From: Vicugna vicugna
Lineage: Eukaryota
Reading direction: 5' to 3'
Assembly (NCBI GenBank): GCA_013265495.1
Contig: MU058418.1
Coordinates: forward strand, 744,001-808,000
Length of the DNA: 64,000 nucleotides
The notes beneath the pieces are model-generated. The model searched no databases and had not been told where the DNA came from. It was given only the letters and a program-made list of their open reading frames with translations. Below are positions 38,740 to 51,800 of this stretch, in pieces. Made by a program: the position numbers and the translations under genes. Position 1 is the first letter of the stretch. Each line of letters opens with the position of its first letter.

Positions 38740-39691
38740 TAAAATGAGTCAAACTTCTATTTTATTGACAGGAGTCCAAAATGAATACAAAAAAATGCCT
38801 CCTTTGCATGTTTATATATATTTTTTCCTTAAAAGGCTTCTGATAGAGTCAGGTAGATTAAAAGCTAAGAATGTATTTCAGCTTTTATAATGAACCTTTT
38901 AAAAAAGGTTTAATAACGTAAGTCACCAACATCAGAGAACATATGGTCCCACAATCATTTTTAGGTCTATAGCTTATAAAAAGAATTAGATCCTGCACTG
39001 ATCTGCTAAAATAGAGGCTTAAAAATGTCTTAAGCCATTAAAAGCCATTTTTATAATCTATCTGATAACTCTGGGCAATTAAGAAAAAGAAATCCCAAAA
39101 TGTAGCCCTCTGTATTATGTGGAATGTGACAGAACGCCAAATTATGACCAAGATAGGCAAAAATAAAATGTTTAAAGCAATGAATGGAGCTGTTATAAAT
39201 AGTCTTATATCACTGCAAAATGTCAGTAAATGAATAATAGAGCTTATTAAGAGATTAAAACTTGAACAGATATTACTTAAAACATATTTTGTGGTGTTTA
39301 TCATATTTTAATGTTTGCTAAAACTAAAGCTAAACAAAGAAAAGTCGCTCATTTATAGATTGTTTTTCATGTACCTTTACTTTTACTGGGACCATAAATT
39401 GATCAGATAATACAGCCCACACTTCTGGACAGTTATAACAAAGGGTTTATTATCATTTGCAGATGAAATAAATGCACCATCCCATACTTTAAAGGCTTTA
39501 ACAAGCCTTAGCCATTTTCCAAAGTGTACCAAGGCACCACCACTGCCTAGTTATATTATGCACCCATTTCTAGTAAAGAACTAACACCTCCCTCAACATC
39601 AGTTCAGTACTGTTTCTGGTTTATTACACACTTCCAAAACAGCAAAAATTTGCAAATATGTGCAAATATTGTGGTCCATTTGTAGTACTGC
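38740..39691 (-). other. SEC63: SEC63 3' UTR (proximal form, ~0.95 kb; may extend further left)
   Basis: AT-rich sequence with no repeat I could recognise, following the stop codon up to an AATAAA with a downstream GU-rich element. Confidence 0.75.
38761..38766 (-). terminator. Polyadenylation signal AATAAA of SEC63
   Basis: + strand tttatt. On the minus strand it is preceded by a TGTA element (~38786-38789) and followed by GU/U-rich tttgtaatggtgtgtgtctttt. Confidence 0.7.
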
Positions 39692-39835
39692 TTAGTCATC
39701 ATCTTCCTCTTCTTCTTCTTCTTCCTCAAAGCTATCTTCAAAGCCCTCGCTGTCCTCCTGGTCTTCATCCCCCTCTATTGCTGTATCCCACTGTGGGTGA
39801 TTTTCTGGCACAGGTTTAGCCTCATGAACTTCCAA
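39692..39835 (-). CDS. SEC63: SEC63 terminal exon 21, coding part (144 nt incl. TAA): LEVHEAKPVPENHPQWDTAIEGDEDQEDSEGFEDSFEEEEEEEEDDD*
   Basis: Acceptor ttttatag|TTGGAA; stop TAA at 39694-39692. Confidence 0.97.
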   Translation of the reverse strand: MEVHEAKPVPENHPQWDTAIEGDEDQEDSEGFEDSFEEEEEEEEDDD

Positions 39836-42800
39836 CTATAAAAAGAATTAAATGTAGACATTAGAAATTTGGGGAGGAATAATGGAAGAAATATCTGGTA
39901 AAGAAAAAGTTTTCTTTGACCACAGCAATTACAAAGAAATAGGTTTTATGTTTTTAAACTCTAAATTTAACACATTTGGAATAGAGATTCATCCCAGAAA
40001 TAAAAAGGTAAATCTTCAAACATAAATGCAGCTAAATTTCTAACACAGTCTGATATTTTGATTTTACAGAAGCTATACTATTTATTCTGTGTCATGAAAG
40101 ATGAATAATTGTGATTCTTGAGCAAGAACACTGAGTAAAATCTTAGTAAGGCTTCTGCTGAGGGAAGAAAAACTCAAATGTGACTTCCAAGGAAGAATTT
40201 TGCAGACTCCAGACTCATGAAGTACCATTCTACAGCCATGGAAAGAAATATGGTACCCTCATGGGAAACAAGAGGCAGGCCTTTACCGGCTCCCTTCACT
40301 TGGGTCTCCAGTACACAGTGCAACAATACTTCTTCAGCGTCATCTCCTAATGCAACAGAATGCCTTCTATAAAAACCTCAAGTGAAAAGGTAAACACTGA
40401 TAGGACTGTCCTTCAAACGATACTCACACAAAGTATATACGCTAAAATGATAAAAAATAAATTATTTTCAGAAATTAATGAACACCCCAATAGAATCCGT
40501 GGGAAAACACATGTACTTTTCTGAAGAAAACAGAACCCATTTGGTGAGGCCCTATAAAGTTACAGCATATTACAGCACTAAAATGTATCACTTAAGTAAT
40601 TTATACTCAATGTTCTAAATCGTTCTACTTCCTTAACACAACTTAAGTTTATTACTGAAAGAGTAGTCCGTCAAGTGTATTATATAAAAAGTATGAGATG
40701 ACCTCTTTTTCCCTCTACTACTCTACATTTCAAAACCAGAAATGCTTCCCTAGTATACTAAACACTCATTCAAATAGACAACCATATTTACTGAATAGTC
40801 ATTACTCTTACCTTCAGTGGTTTAATCTGATCCAAACCCATATAGGAATCTGACCTTAGAAATACTGTATACTGGTAATTTCCAGGTTTGCCTGGTGCAG
40901 GAAACTTCAGTTCTACCTAGAAGATAAAATCAGCACTAAAAATCTGTATTTTGAAGAGTGGAAGAAACAACAGCTCACTCCTGAAACTCTTAGACCAGAG
41001 TATTTAATAGTGAGAGTTTACTCAGGTGACACAGGATATCCTAAAAAGATGTTACAAAGGTTCTAACAAAAACATATATATATATGTGACATTTACGTCA
41101 TACATTATACATACTACACAAAAAGGAAACCAAATTGGCAGAATTGATGGGTTTAATTTCTATCTCCACAATGTAAGAAGTATATTTAAAGCAATCCAGT
41201 TCTATGTTGACCATCACACCTTGACAACCTGAAGAAATGAAGTAGGGTATAAAAGTAAAATAAGTGAAATGTGGAAATAAAATAGACTTCACCATACAAG
41301 AAATAGTTCTTGCCACATTTTCTTATTTCTAAGACAAATGCTGTGAGATAACAGAAAATATACACATTGGTCTCTACCCTCAGATCTGGGCACAGAGCTC
41401 CTCAAAACCCTGTAATTTCCTAAATGATAAGAACACAAGGAGCATCTTTTGTTCTAATATTTGGTCTTTGACTCTAGTTCCTGAAACTAAGCTTGTAAAT
41501 CCCTTGGAATTTCCTGGATGATAGGAATGTGTTCTCTTCTAATGAAGTGTGATTCCTGATGTGCTGCTACACGAGGACCGGTCACTGGAAAGACCAGGCT
41601 GTGATCAGAAGTTTGGAACTTTTAGTCCCAACCTCCATTCTCTGAAGAGGAGTTAGAAACTGAGTTAATGATCAGTTATGTCTTATGATAAAACCTCCAT
41701 AAAAATCCCCAAAGTAAGGGGTTCAGTGAACTTCTGAGTTGGTGAACATGTGGGGTGCTGGGAGAGGAGTATACTCAGAAAACTTGGGAGCTCCATGCCC
41801 CTTCCCACATATCCTGCCCTATGTATTTCTTCCATCTGGATGTTCATTTGTTTCCTTTAATCATGTTATTTTATTTTTTATCGTATTATTTTTATAATAA
41901 ACTGGTAAATATGTTTCCCTGGGTTCTGTGAGCCATTCTAGCAAATTATTGAACCCAAGGAGAGGATCACGGGAACCACGATTTATACTAAGCTGATCAG
42001 AAGTATAGGTGACAACTTGGGATCTGTGACTGGCATCTAAAGGTGAAGAGCGGGGGCATGGCAGTCTTGTGGAACCCTTAAGCTGAGGTAGATAGCCAGG
42101 TAGACAGTGACAGCACTGTGTTAAACGCCTGACACTCAGCTGGCATCACAAAGAATTGCTTGCTGTGGGGAAAACCCACAAACTGGTGTAAGAGTGTTGT
42201 GACTGTGGCAGTAGTGTTAGAGTAAAGGAGGGACAAACAGGAGAAATACATTTTTCCTTTACAGATGCCCAATGCTTTAAAAGGTCAAAAAGATATTTTA
42301 TTTCCTATCATATAATAATAAATGATGATTATTTTGAACTCTCTTCAAATACAAAGAGTTATAAACTCTTAGAAGTTTCTAGTCCACTTGGACAAAGGAA
42401 GAATAAGCTTTTGACATTTAGATGTTTTGGTAATCCACCTCCAACTTCCAAAATCCAGATTTTGTAGGCAAGATTATATATTAAAATATGCCATTAAAAC
42501 AAACAAGCTAGAAAACATCATGGGAAAATGTTTTTTTTTAAGTTAATATCAAAGTTTGGCCTTTCTAACTGTAACACCAAATTGAGAAATCATACAGAAA
42601 AAAATTACTAAATCATACTATCCATTACCCCCAAATAAATCAATGGATAAACAAATATTTCTATTTTTGCTTTGGTAAAAACAACGATGGTAAAACAAAC
42701 TGGGGGAAAATGTTTGCAACACACATCACAAAAGGCTAATTTCATAATATTAAAAAAAAAAGTCCCCAAACCAATTTAAAAGACCAATAACCCAACAAAA

Positions 42801-45800
42801 ATGGGCAATGGTCACAAATAGACACACAAAGAAATAGAATTCTAACACAGTGAAAGATGTTTAGTTTCACTCTTCAGGGAAATACAAAATTAAAATCAGC
42901 ATCAGGCAAGAATAATCAATGTATGCTAAAATGAGTGGGCAAGAGACTGCTGGAGAGCAGAATAGCCACATAGTGTCCAAATATCACCCCACAGATTAGA
43001 GGAAGAAATACTTTTCACAATATAGAAAAGCCTTAACTAAATGATGAATCATAACATATCACCAAAGTTGGACAAACTGATATAAATGTGCCCCTGATGT
43101 TTGCCCAAAATATTAAAGATGAATACAATCAGGAGTAAACAATGAGACAAACTAAAATTAAGGGACATTTTACAAAATACCTAGCCCAGACTCTTCAAAA
43201 ATGTCAACAGCATGAAAAAGTGGAAAAGGCCAGGGAAATGTTCTGCTCTAAAGAGGAATGACATCCAAACACAATTCATGATCCTTGACTGGACACTGAA
43301 TTTAGAAACAAAACAAAAAATTTAACAAACATTAGTGGACTATTCAAGGAAATCTGAATATAGACCACATGTTAGATGATAACACCATATCAATGTTAAA
43401 TTTCCCAAATAGAAGAATAAGTATGCTGTGCTTATGTAGGAACAGATCGCTGTTCTAAGAAGACACACGTTCAAGTATTTAGGGGGTATACTGTCATGTC
43501 TGCAAGTACTTCAGGAAGGTAAGGAAGGGAAAGACAGTTTTTTTTGTGTATACACACAGAGCTATAAAATATATATGACAAAATGTTAACAACTGGTCAA
43601 TGTAGATGAAGGGTCTATGGGGGCTCAATGATACTGTGCTTGCCACACTTTTATAGGTTTGAAGCTTTTAAAAATAATAGATCAGAGGAGGAAAAAATTA
43701 CTCTGAGACATCATTTTTTACGTTTCTGATTAGCAATGACATTCAAAATGTCTCACACACGGAGAGGCAATGGGCATACTTAAACCTTCATTCTCCCTAT
43801 AGAGAAATAAATATCTAGCAGTATCTATCAAAATTACAAATGTGCAGACCTCTGATTCATTAATTCTACTTCTCTGAATTTATTCTATAGATATGTTTGC
43901 ACATGTGCAAAATGATATATGACATTATTCACTGCCGCAAAAGACATGAATCAACCTGTCAGTCCATGAAATGGCTGAGTGCTGAATAAATGATCTTCCA
44001 TACAAAAGAATATCATGCAGGTATAAAAACAAATGAGGAAGCTTTTCTGTATTAACACGGTGCAAATTCCAAGTTACATCACTGAGAGAAAAAGGTAAGG
44101 TGCATAACATGGTGTATGCTTATTTTTGCACAAAACTGGGGAAAATACACCTATGTATTTGCCTGATTTACATCGAATATCACATGAAAAATACATAAAA
44201 ATGTGACACTGATGGTCTCCAGGAAGGGGAATGGGTGACTGAGAGATAAGAATGCAAAATGTTTCAATGTGCACTTTCGTATATCTTCTGAAATATTGAC
44301 TAGGTGAATGTAGTATCTATTTAAAAATAAATAAAATTTAAATTTAAATAAATGTTTAAAATTACTGTCAAAGAAATACCCTTAAGTTGGCACTAACCCT
44401 AAGTGTCAAATAATAAACTATTTCATACATTTATTACTTGGTTAGAAAGGGAGGAAAAAGCTTTTTGAATTAAAAATCAACATCACAGAACTATCTTGAA
44501 ATTCACAAGTCTTGCTCTTGTCCACCAAGTCCAGGTAGACAGAACCTTCTTCCTAGAAAAGTGACATAAAAAATCAAGAAGAAAAACAGTAAAACCCAAG
44601 GGTAAAGTACGTTCATCACAATGCTATGTTAGTGATGTCACTGACAGTGGACAAATGCAAGTAATAAAAAATTCCACCCCCCCCAAAAAACCCCAAAAAC
44701 CAAATCGCCAGTTTTTACATTTTTTTTAAGACAAAAGGAGTATATCTGAGCACTAATCCAATGAGGATAAATATCATAAATATCTGTAAAAACACAATTA
44801 AATTCTGGAGAGTAGGAAATGCATACGTTCTTAGTAACAGTGAAAATTCCCCCCAAATAAGTTGAGAACAAGGTTTTAAAAAACTGATCAAGTTGTCTAC
44901 CTTTAACAATTCAGTACTTTGTAAACTTCCAATGAACTCCCCTCAAAAGACATCAGGAAACAGTTGTGTCTTAAATAAAATGCAGTAAGCCAAACGTGAT
45001 TAACTGATTTCTAAAAAGATTTTATGAAATAGCAGTATGATGATGAGATGCTGTCCATTTGTAAACACTAAAGTAATGCTGTTGGATAATTACCTCTTCC
45101 GTATCTTTTAGTGTACACACATGATATGGCATAGATATTAATGTCTGTTCCTTCCTATCTGCGATATAGAGCCACCACCATTCTTGTTTTTCCTGCACAG
45201 AAGAAAAGAGTATAAATGATCAGAAAGAACAAGTATATATGTATATGCACTGACTGAGACGTTGTGTTGTACACCAGAAATTAACAAATTGTAAATGACT
45301 GTACTTCAATTAAAAAAAAGAAAAAGAATTAGAGAAATACAGTTTTGCCTTGTCTAATTTTAGGGGTACAGTTATCCCCTGAGGCACCTGAGGGGGATTA
45401 GCTCCAGACACCCCCCCACACCCTGTGATGTGGACACCAAAATTCATGGGATGCTCAAGTCCCTTATATAAAATGGTGTTGTATTTGCTTATAACCTATG
45501 CACATCTCCTGTATACTTAATATCATCTCTAGGTTACTTGTAATAGTTGCCAGTGCTGCACAAATTCAAGTTTTTCCTTTGGAACTTTCTGAAACTTTTC
45601 CCCCTAACATTTTCAATCCACAGTTGGTCAAATTCATGGATGCAAAACCCACAAATGCAGAAGGCCCACTGTACTGTCCTTGTTTTGTTCATTGCTGTAT
45701 CCCCAGTAGAGACACAGTGTCTGGTACAAAACAGATGTCAATAAATATTTACTGAATGAATAAATTGTTCTTAACCATTTGTAGATCCATTCTCCAAAAG

Positions 45801-48800
45801 AATTTTGTATGTAATTCTGGGGTTTCAAATGGCTCTTTGAACCCTACTGATGAGCCTCTATATTGAAAACCCACGATTAACCTTAAATCACAAACATGCT
45901 AAAAAAGAAAACAATATAAACTATTAAAATATCATCTAGCAAATAAACCATAGTAATTTTACCTAGTAATAAGCAAAAGCCAGAAAGTAGGAGTGAAAGG
46001 GACTTGGGCAACAAAATCAGAAATCAATACATTAAAAACACATTACTCACAAAAGAGAACATTTCAGATTCTAAGAGTCTATTTATACCTTTCATTGCAC
46101 ACAATTTTTAAAAAATGTTTTACTTATTTTGTTTGTGGTAGTTTTTTGTTTTTGTTTGTTTTGGGGGGGTTAATTAGGTTTATTTACTTACTTATTTTAA
46201 TGGAAGCACTGGGGATTGAACCCAGGACCTCGTGCATGCTAGGTTTGTACTCTACCACTGAGCTATACCTTCCCCACTGTACATGATTTTAATATGCTCA
46301 GTATTTTTAGTTGAACTTCACAAAAGATTAGGAATAGAAAAAGAGCTGGGTAAGAAACTTCCACCAGAAAGCACAATGATGGCAGGAAGCAATGACAGGA
46401 GACAAAAAACTATTAAAAAAATTTTTTTTAATACCAAGCAGTCTAGAAGCATCAAATTTCAGTGCGCTCAGCAACCATCACTGCATTACATCACAGGTCA
46501 GTAACTGTTTAGTCATCTGCTTAGCATTCACTGTTTAAGGATTGGGTAGGGAAGGAAGATATCTTTCCAAAATGGCTTAAAGAAAAATGTTCTGGAGCTA
46601 AAAATAAAATAATCCCTACAACACTACACCATTCAAAAGTCTCAATTATCCAAAACAAGGTTAAAAAAATAACTTTTTACTGAAAATAGTTTCATAGGAA
46701 AAATGTTTGTGATTTTAAGGCACAATCACTTGTACTTTCCATTTTATTTTAATCATAAGAAGTTAAAATTTGGTTTATTATGTTTCTAATAATGCTACAC
46801 TAAGTTTAACTAAGAGCTTCTGTTTAAATGTCTTAAACTACAAAACAACAAAGTACTGCAACATTAATAAGCAGAATAAATAAATCACAAGTACATGATT
46901 AATCCAACTTCTGCTTAACCGAAGGGTTAGGACTACCACAACAGATGTATGTGTATATAAATGTTTGTCTATGTGTGTTTTGCACACACAAAGTGAGTAA
47001 AAATGTAACAGAGTCAAAGTGGAGTACAGTTGTACCTCAGTATCCACAGGGGACTGGTTCCAGGACGCCCCCTACCTCCAGGATACCAAAATTTGTGGAT
47101 GCTCAAGTCCCTTATATAAAATGTCGTGGTACAGCTGGTCCTCCATATTCGCAGATGCAGAACCCACAGTTACAGAGAGCCAACTATACAGATACCTGGG
47201 CTTTGCAGGCCAGAGAGTTTGTGACAAGTCTTCAACTTTGCCACTGTATTGCAAAAAGAATGAGTGTGACTGTGTTCCAATAAAACTTCATTTACAATAA
47301 TCCTTACTTTACAAAAACAGGCAAGGAGGCAGATCTGTCTGCAGGCTGAAGTTTACCAATGCTTGTTTTAAAGCCACCTAGACTTGATTATTTCACTTCT
47401 CTAAACCTCACTTTTTTCCCTCTGTTAAATGATAACTGCCTACCTCAAGCTGTGTTGTGAAGATAAACTGAGATAATATAATTAAAATATCGTTAGAATG
47501 CCTAGGACATTGCATGCAATAAAATTACAGTTATGTTGATGCAACCACTACAGAAAACAGCATAAAGTTTTCTCAAAAAATTAAAAATACAACCATATGA
47601 TTCAGCAATTTCACTTCTCGCCATTTGTCCAAAGAAAACAGACACTAATTTGAAAAAATACATGTACATCAATTCACTGCAGAATTATTTACAATAGTCA
47701 AGTTATGTAAGTAACTGAAGTGTCCATTGATGGATAAGTGGATAAAGAAGATGTGATACATTTATATAATGGAATATTACTCAGTCATAAAAAAGAATGA
47801 ATAATGCCATTTGAAACAACATGGATGGACACAGAGGATATCATGCTAAATGAAGTTAGAGAAAGCCAAATACCATATGATCTCACTTATCTGTGTTAGC
47901 TAAAAAATGAAACAAAGTGAAACAGACTCACAGATACAGAGAATAAACAGGTAGTTGCCAGAGGGGTGGGGGTGGGAGGAGTAAGTGAAAGACATTAACA
48001 GGTACAAACCTCCAGTTTTAAAATAAATAAGCCACAGGGATATAATACACAGCATAAGGAAAATGGTCAATAATATTGTAATAACTTTGTATGGGTACAG
48101 TTCGTTACTAGACTTATCGTGGTGATCATTTCATAAAGTATACAAATGTCAAATCACTATATGGTACACCTGAAACTAACATAATGTTGTTATGTCAACT
48201 ATATTTCAATGATAATTTTTAAAGTTATGATTATTAATGAAATGAGGTAAACATCTCTATTATTTAAGTAGTCTGACATTTCATCATCAGAAATACCATT
48301 ACCAGAACATGCATGTAATGTAAGCAGCACAGGGATATGTTCAAGAATATGCATTTCTTCTTCATCTCTCCACTAGAGAATGCCTTTCCCTCCCCTGTTG
48401 CACACTATTTGATTAAAATGAGATTCATTCAGGAATATTATTTAGTAAGAAGATAGTGAGTATCAATCTACGGCACAGCACCTCTGCCTAGTGGAAAAGA
48501 TATTTTGCCATGAGTTATTTGCACTTTAAACAAAATTGTTTTTCTATTGTGTAAGATTGCCAACCGTTCTTAATGTATTAAATATATTAAATGGTTCAAT
48601 AACATGTAAGTCAATTATTAACAAAAAACTTCAAGTAATTTAAGTGTGTACTGTGTAGTTAGGTAGGTACATGGGAAGTAGACAGGAAGATGTTGGGAAA
48701 ATCCTGAATAAATTTTATCTGATAAATGGCACTTTGAGATATTTACCCTGCAGATGAAATTTTAAAAGCCATTTTCACTGCTAAAATGTTCAAAGGGAGT

Positions 48801-51800
48801 GAATGAATGTTTTGCCTATTTAGTAAGCATGGTCTAAAATGAAGCTGTCTGTTATAAGGGTACAAATTATGCAGATTACAGCATTCCATGGTACTTTTAA
48901 AACCAATCAATGAGTGGAATTTATTCGCTTGATTTCAGGAGCCTTGGTGTTGGCAGACTACATTGCAATGGGCAAAATGCCCCTAACAGATGGGCTACGG
49001 CTCAGGACATGCCAGAAGATCAGTGTGCACAGTAAGATGGAATTCTGGGCTGATTTCTCTCCAAGTCAAAACAAAAAGTCTGTGCAGAGCCACTCATTTA
49101 CTATTAGGAGAGCCAAATTACTTAGGAATTTGCCTTCAGCAGCTCCCAGCAACTAAGAACTGACATTCAGAGCAGAAAGCAGATTTATACATGAAATCAC
49201 CTGCCGAACTTGAGTGGTGAGCAAAAGGTTCTGTGGCAAAGCTGTGAGGCAGTCTGTGGAACAGGTTCCCTGAACTAAGGCAACCAATCCCTGACCTCTA
49301 GCCACAGACAAAATCATCTGCAAAAGCAAAATGTCAAGCGGATTTCAAGTTCATTTGAAAGACAAACAACATAGCCTATCAAAGAGATCAAAAGTTGAGC
49401 AGGCCATAACCACAAAGTAAACAAGCACAAGAGAACAGCATTGCAATGATCTGTCCGGAGCGTGGGGCTCAGCCACGCTTGGCTCTTACTGAACTTAGCT
49501 GGTCCCTCAGCCATGGCCTTGCTTAGTCCCATGGATGAGGGCAATTATGAATGCAAGTCTAGTGGCTCCAGGTGGCCAGTGTAAGACCCTCAGAGAAAAC
49601 CTATGGGGAAAATTTAAGAACATTTTTCATTCTACTTAAAGCATGATGAAAGTGAGAGATTCACAAAAGCCATGTATTCCCAAGTATTCATAGGTAAAAT
49701 ATGCATTTGTCTGATTAAGACTGCCTGAACTGCTAATGAGAAATCATCATTAAGCACAACACTCAGTAATCTGGGCACAGAAAAGATAGAAGCCCAGGAA
49801 AACATAGAAGTACTTAAGAAGTTAACAACTCTCCTTTTAAACAACATACTCACTAAAACTGATTTATATTTAAATACATGTTTCAAAGATATGGCCTGTC
49901 AAGAATAGACCACATTCAGCACATTTGAGCCAATAGACACTACAGAAAGATAAAAGGCAACTGAGAAATACCTGAATAGAATGAGAAAACACTAGGCTGT
50001 GTATAACTCACCTCCGGAAAGTAAAGACTATAAACAGGATGTGTTATCTTTGATTTGGTTTCCAGTAGGGCTCTCTCCTTTCGCTGTATACTTTGTTGTA
50101 ACTCTTGCCACTCCTAGTAAAGTGAAAATTAAATATTTGAAATCAAGCATGTTTTTGATCATTTTGAGGGGTGTCCATCTTCTTTCACATATTATTCCTG
50201 ACAATACTAATTACTACTAAGTTCAGTTCAACAAATCTGATCATTTCCCTGCTCAAAACTTACAATGCCCCTTTTCATAAATCAAATCTAACTCCTCTAG
50301 CATGAACTACACAGCCAAGCATGATCTGACCTGGGCCTGTCTCTCCAGTTTCCTGTCGCTGCTTTCCTCCTTGCACTTTTTATTCTAGTTATTACAAACT
50401 CCCTTGACTTCTCTGACCTCACCAGCTATTTCACTCCTCTTAAACCCTGTCTGGATTTTTGTCTTCTTCTTTCTCTATCTGGCAAATTCCTACTCATTAT
50501 TCTTTCGAGAGTAGCTAAAGTCTAAAGTATGAGTTCCTGAGTCCCACAAATCATCCACTACCCCAGGGCTGAGTTGATCACTCCTTCCTTTGTGCCACCC
50601 TGCACCTTGCACAAAATGTGCTCATAATGCTTATTTACAAGGCTGCTATCATCCAAGGGCAGAAACTATTCCACATTTGGCTTTGCATTCCTATCATCTA
50701 ACACAGCGTTTGCAATGGGACAGATGATGAGTAATTATTCATGTAATTATTTCTCAAACGAATCAATGTATTTTGGGTCACGTGAAGAAACTAGTTAATC
50801 AAAACCCTAAGAGTCACCTCTACTAACCTTAACATATTTGGAAAGAAGTAAGTCAACTCTTCCTCAAAGCAAGGGTAGGGAAGTAATTTCTTTGATAGGT
50901 TTTAATTTCCTAGCAATCAACTGAATTCCCAAATGAAAAAACACTCAAGGGCTAGCAACTGTTAAAAACAGTCATTCTTATCTTTTGCCCACTATTCCCA
51001 AAGGCAAATACATTATTTACTTACATTTTTATTCTTTGCCCTTCACCTTTTCCTTTTTTTTTGTCCTGTGCTTTTACTTCAGAGGCTATTCAGGGAATCT
51101 ATTTTAGACTACTAAACCGTAAGAGTTACTTTTAGATCAATGGCCCAGACAAGAAGAACATCGTAAACATAAAGGAAATGGCTGATAAGTTTAGTTTATT
51201 TGCAGTGAGCCTCTAAGGACCAAGTTATTTGTCTACCAAATATTCTTTTCTATAGCCCTCTCATAAATCATGTACAACTTAATGCCATGCCATGAGATTA
51301 TTTTCTATTCTCTATATCCTCATCCTTAATACCTTAGAGATGCCTACTTTCCTTAATGTCTTATATATACCTCTTGAAACAAGGTGGCATTCTGTAAATG
51401 TTAGCTTTTCGCTTAACCAACCTCTTGACATTAGAGCCCACAGTAATGTTTCTTTACCCTAAAAATGTCCTGGGACTTCTGAGGTCCTCCTACATTGCAA
51501 CCTATTTCATAACCCATATTCCCTTATTCATATTTCCAGAGTCATCTCCAATACTGAGAACTGCCTTAAGAGACCAAACTGACTTCATCTCAGACCTGGG
51601 TCCTATTCTATCTAGCAATTTAAGAAAATTAGGATTTCCAATTCTTGTCAGAAATACTTTTTCTTTATAATTACGGCCACCATCTCTGAAAAATATTCTT
51701 GCTAAGTAATACAAGATTATAAAATATACTGGTGTTAAGACAAGCAAAAAAAAGGGAAAGCAAGCAAATGAGAAACAACAACCAAAACCAAACTCTCATC

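Noticed and set aside
48900..49620. Locally higher-GC intronic block as a hidden exon or ncRNA
   Set aside because: No convincing splice pair, box motifs or hairpin seen; could be an ancient repeat, which I cannot determine by eye.
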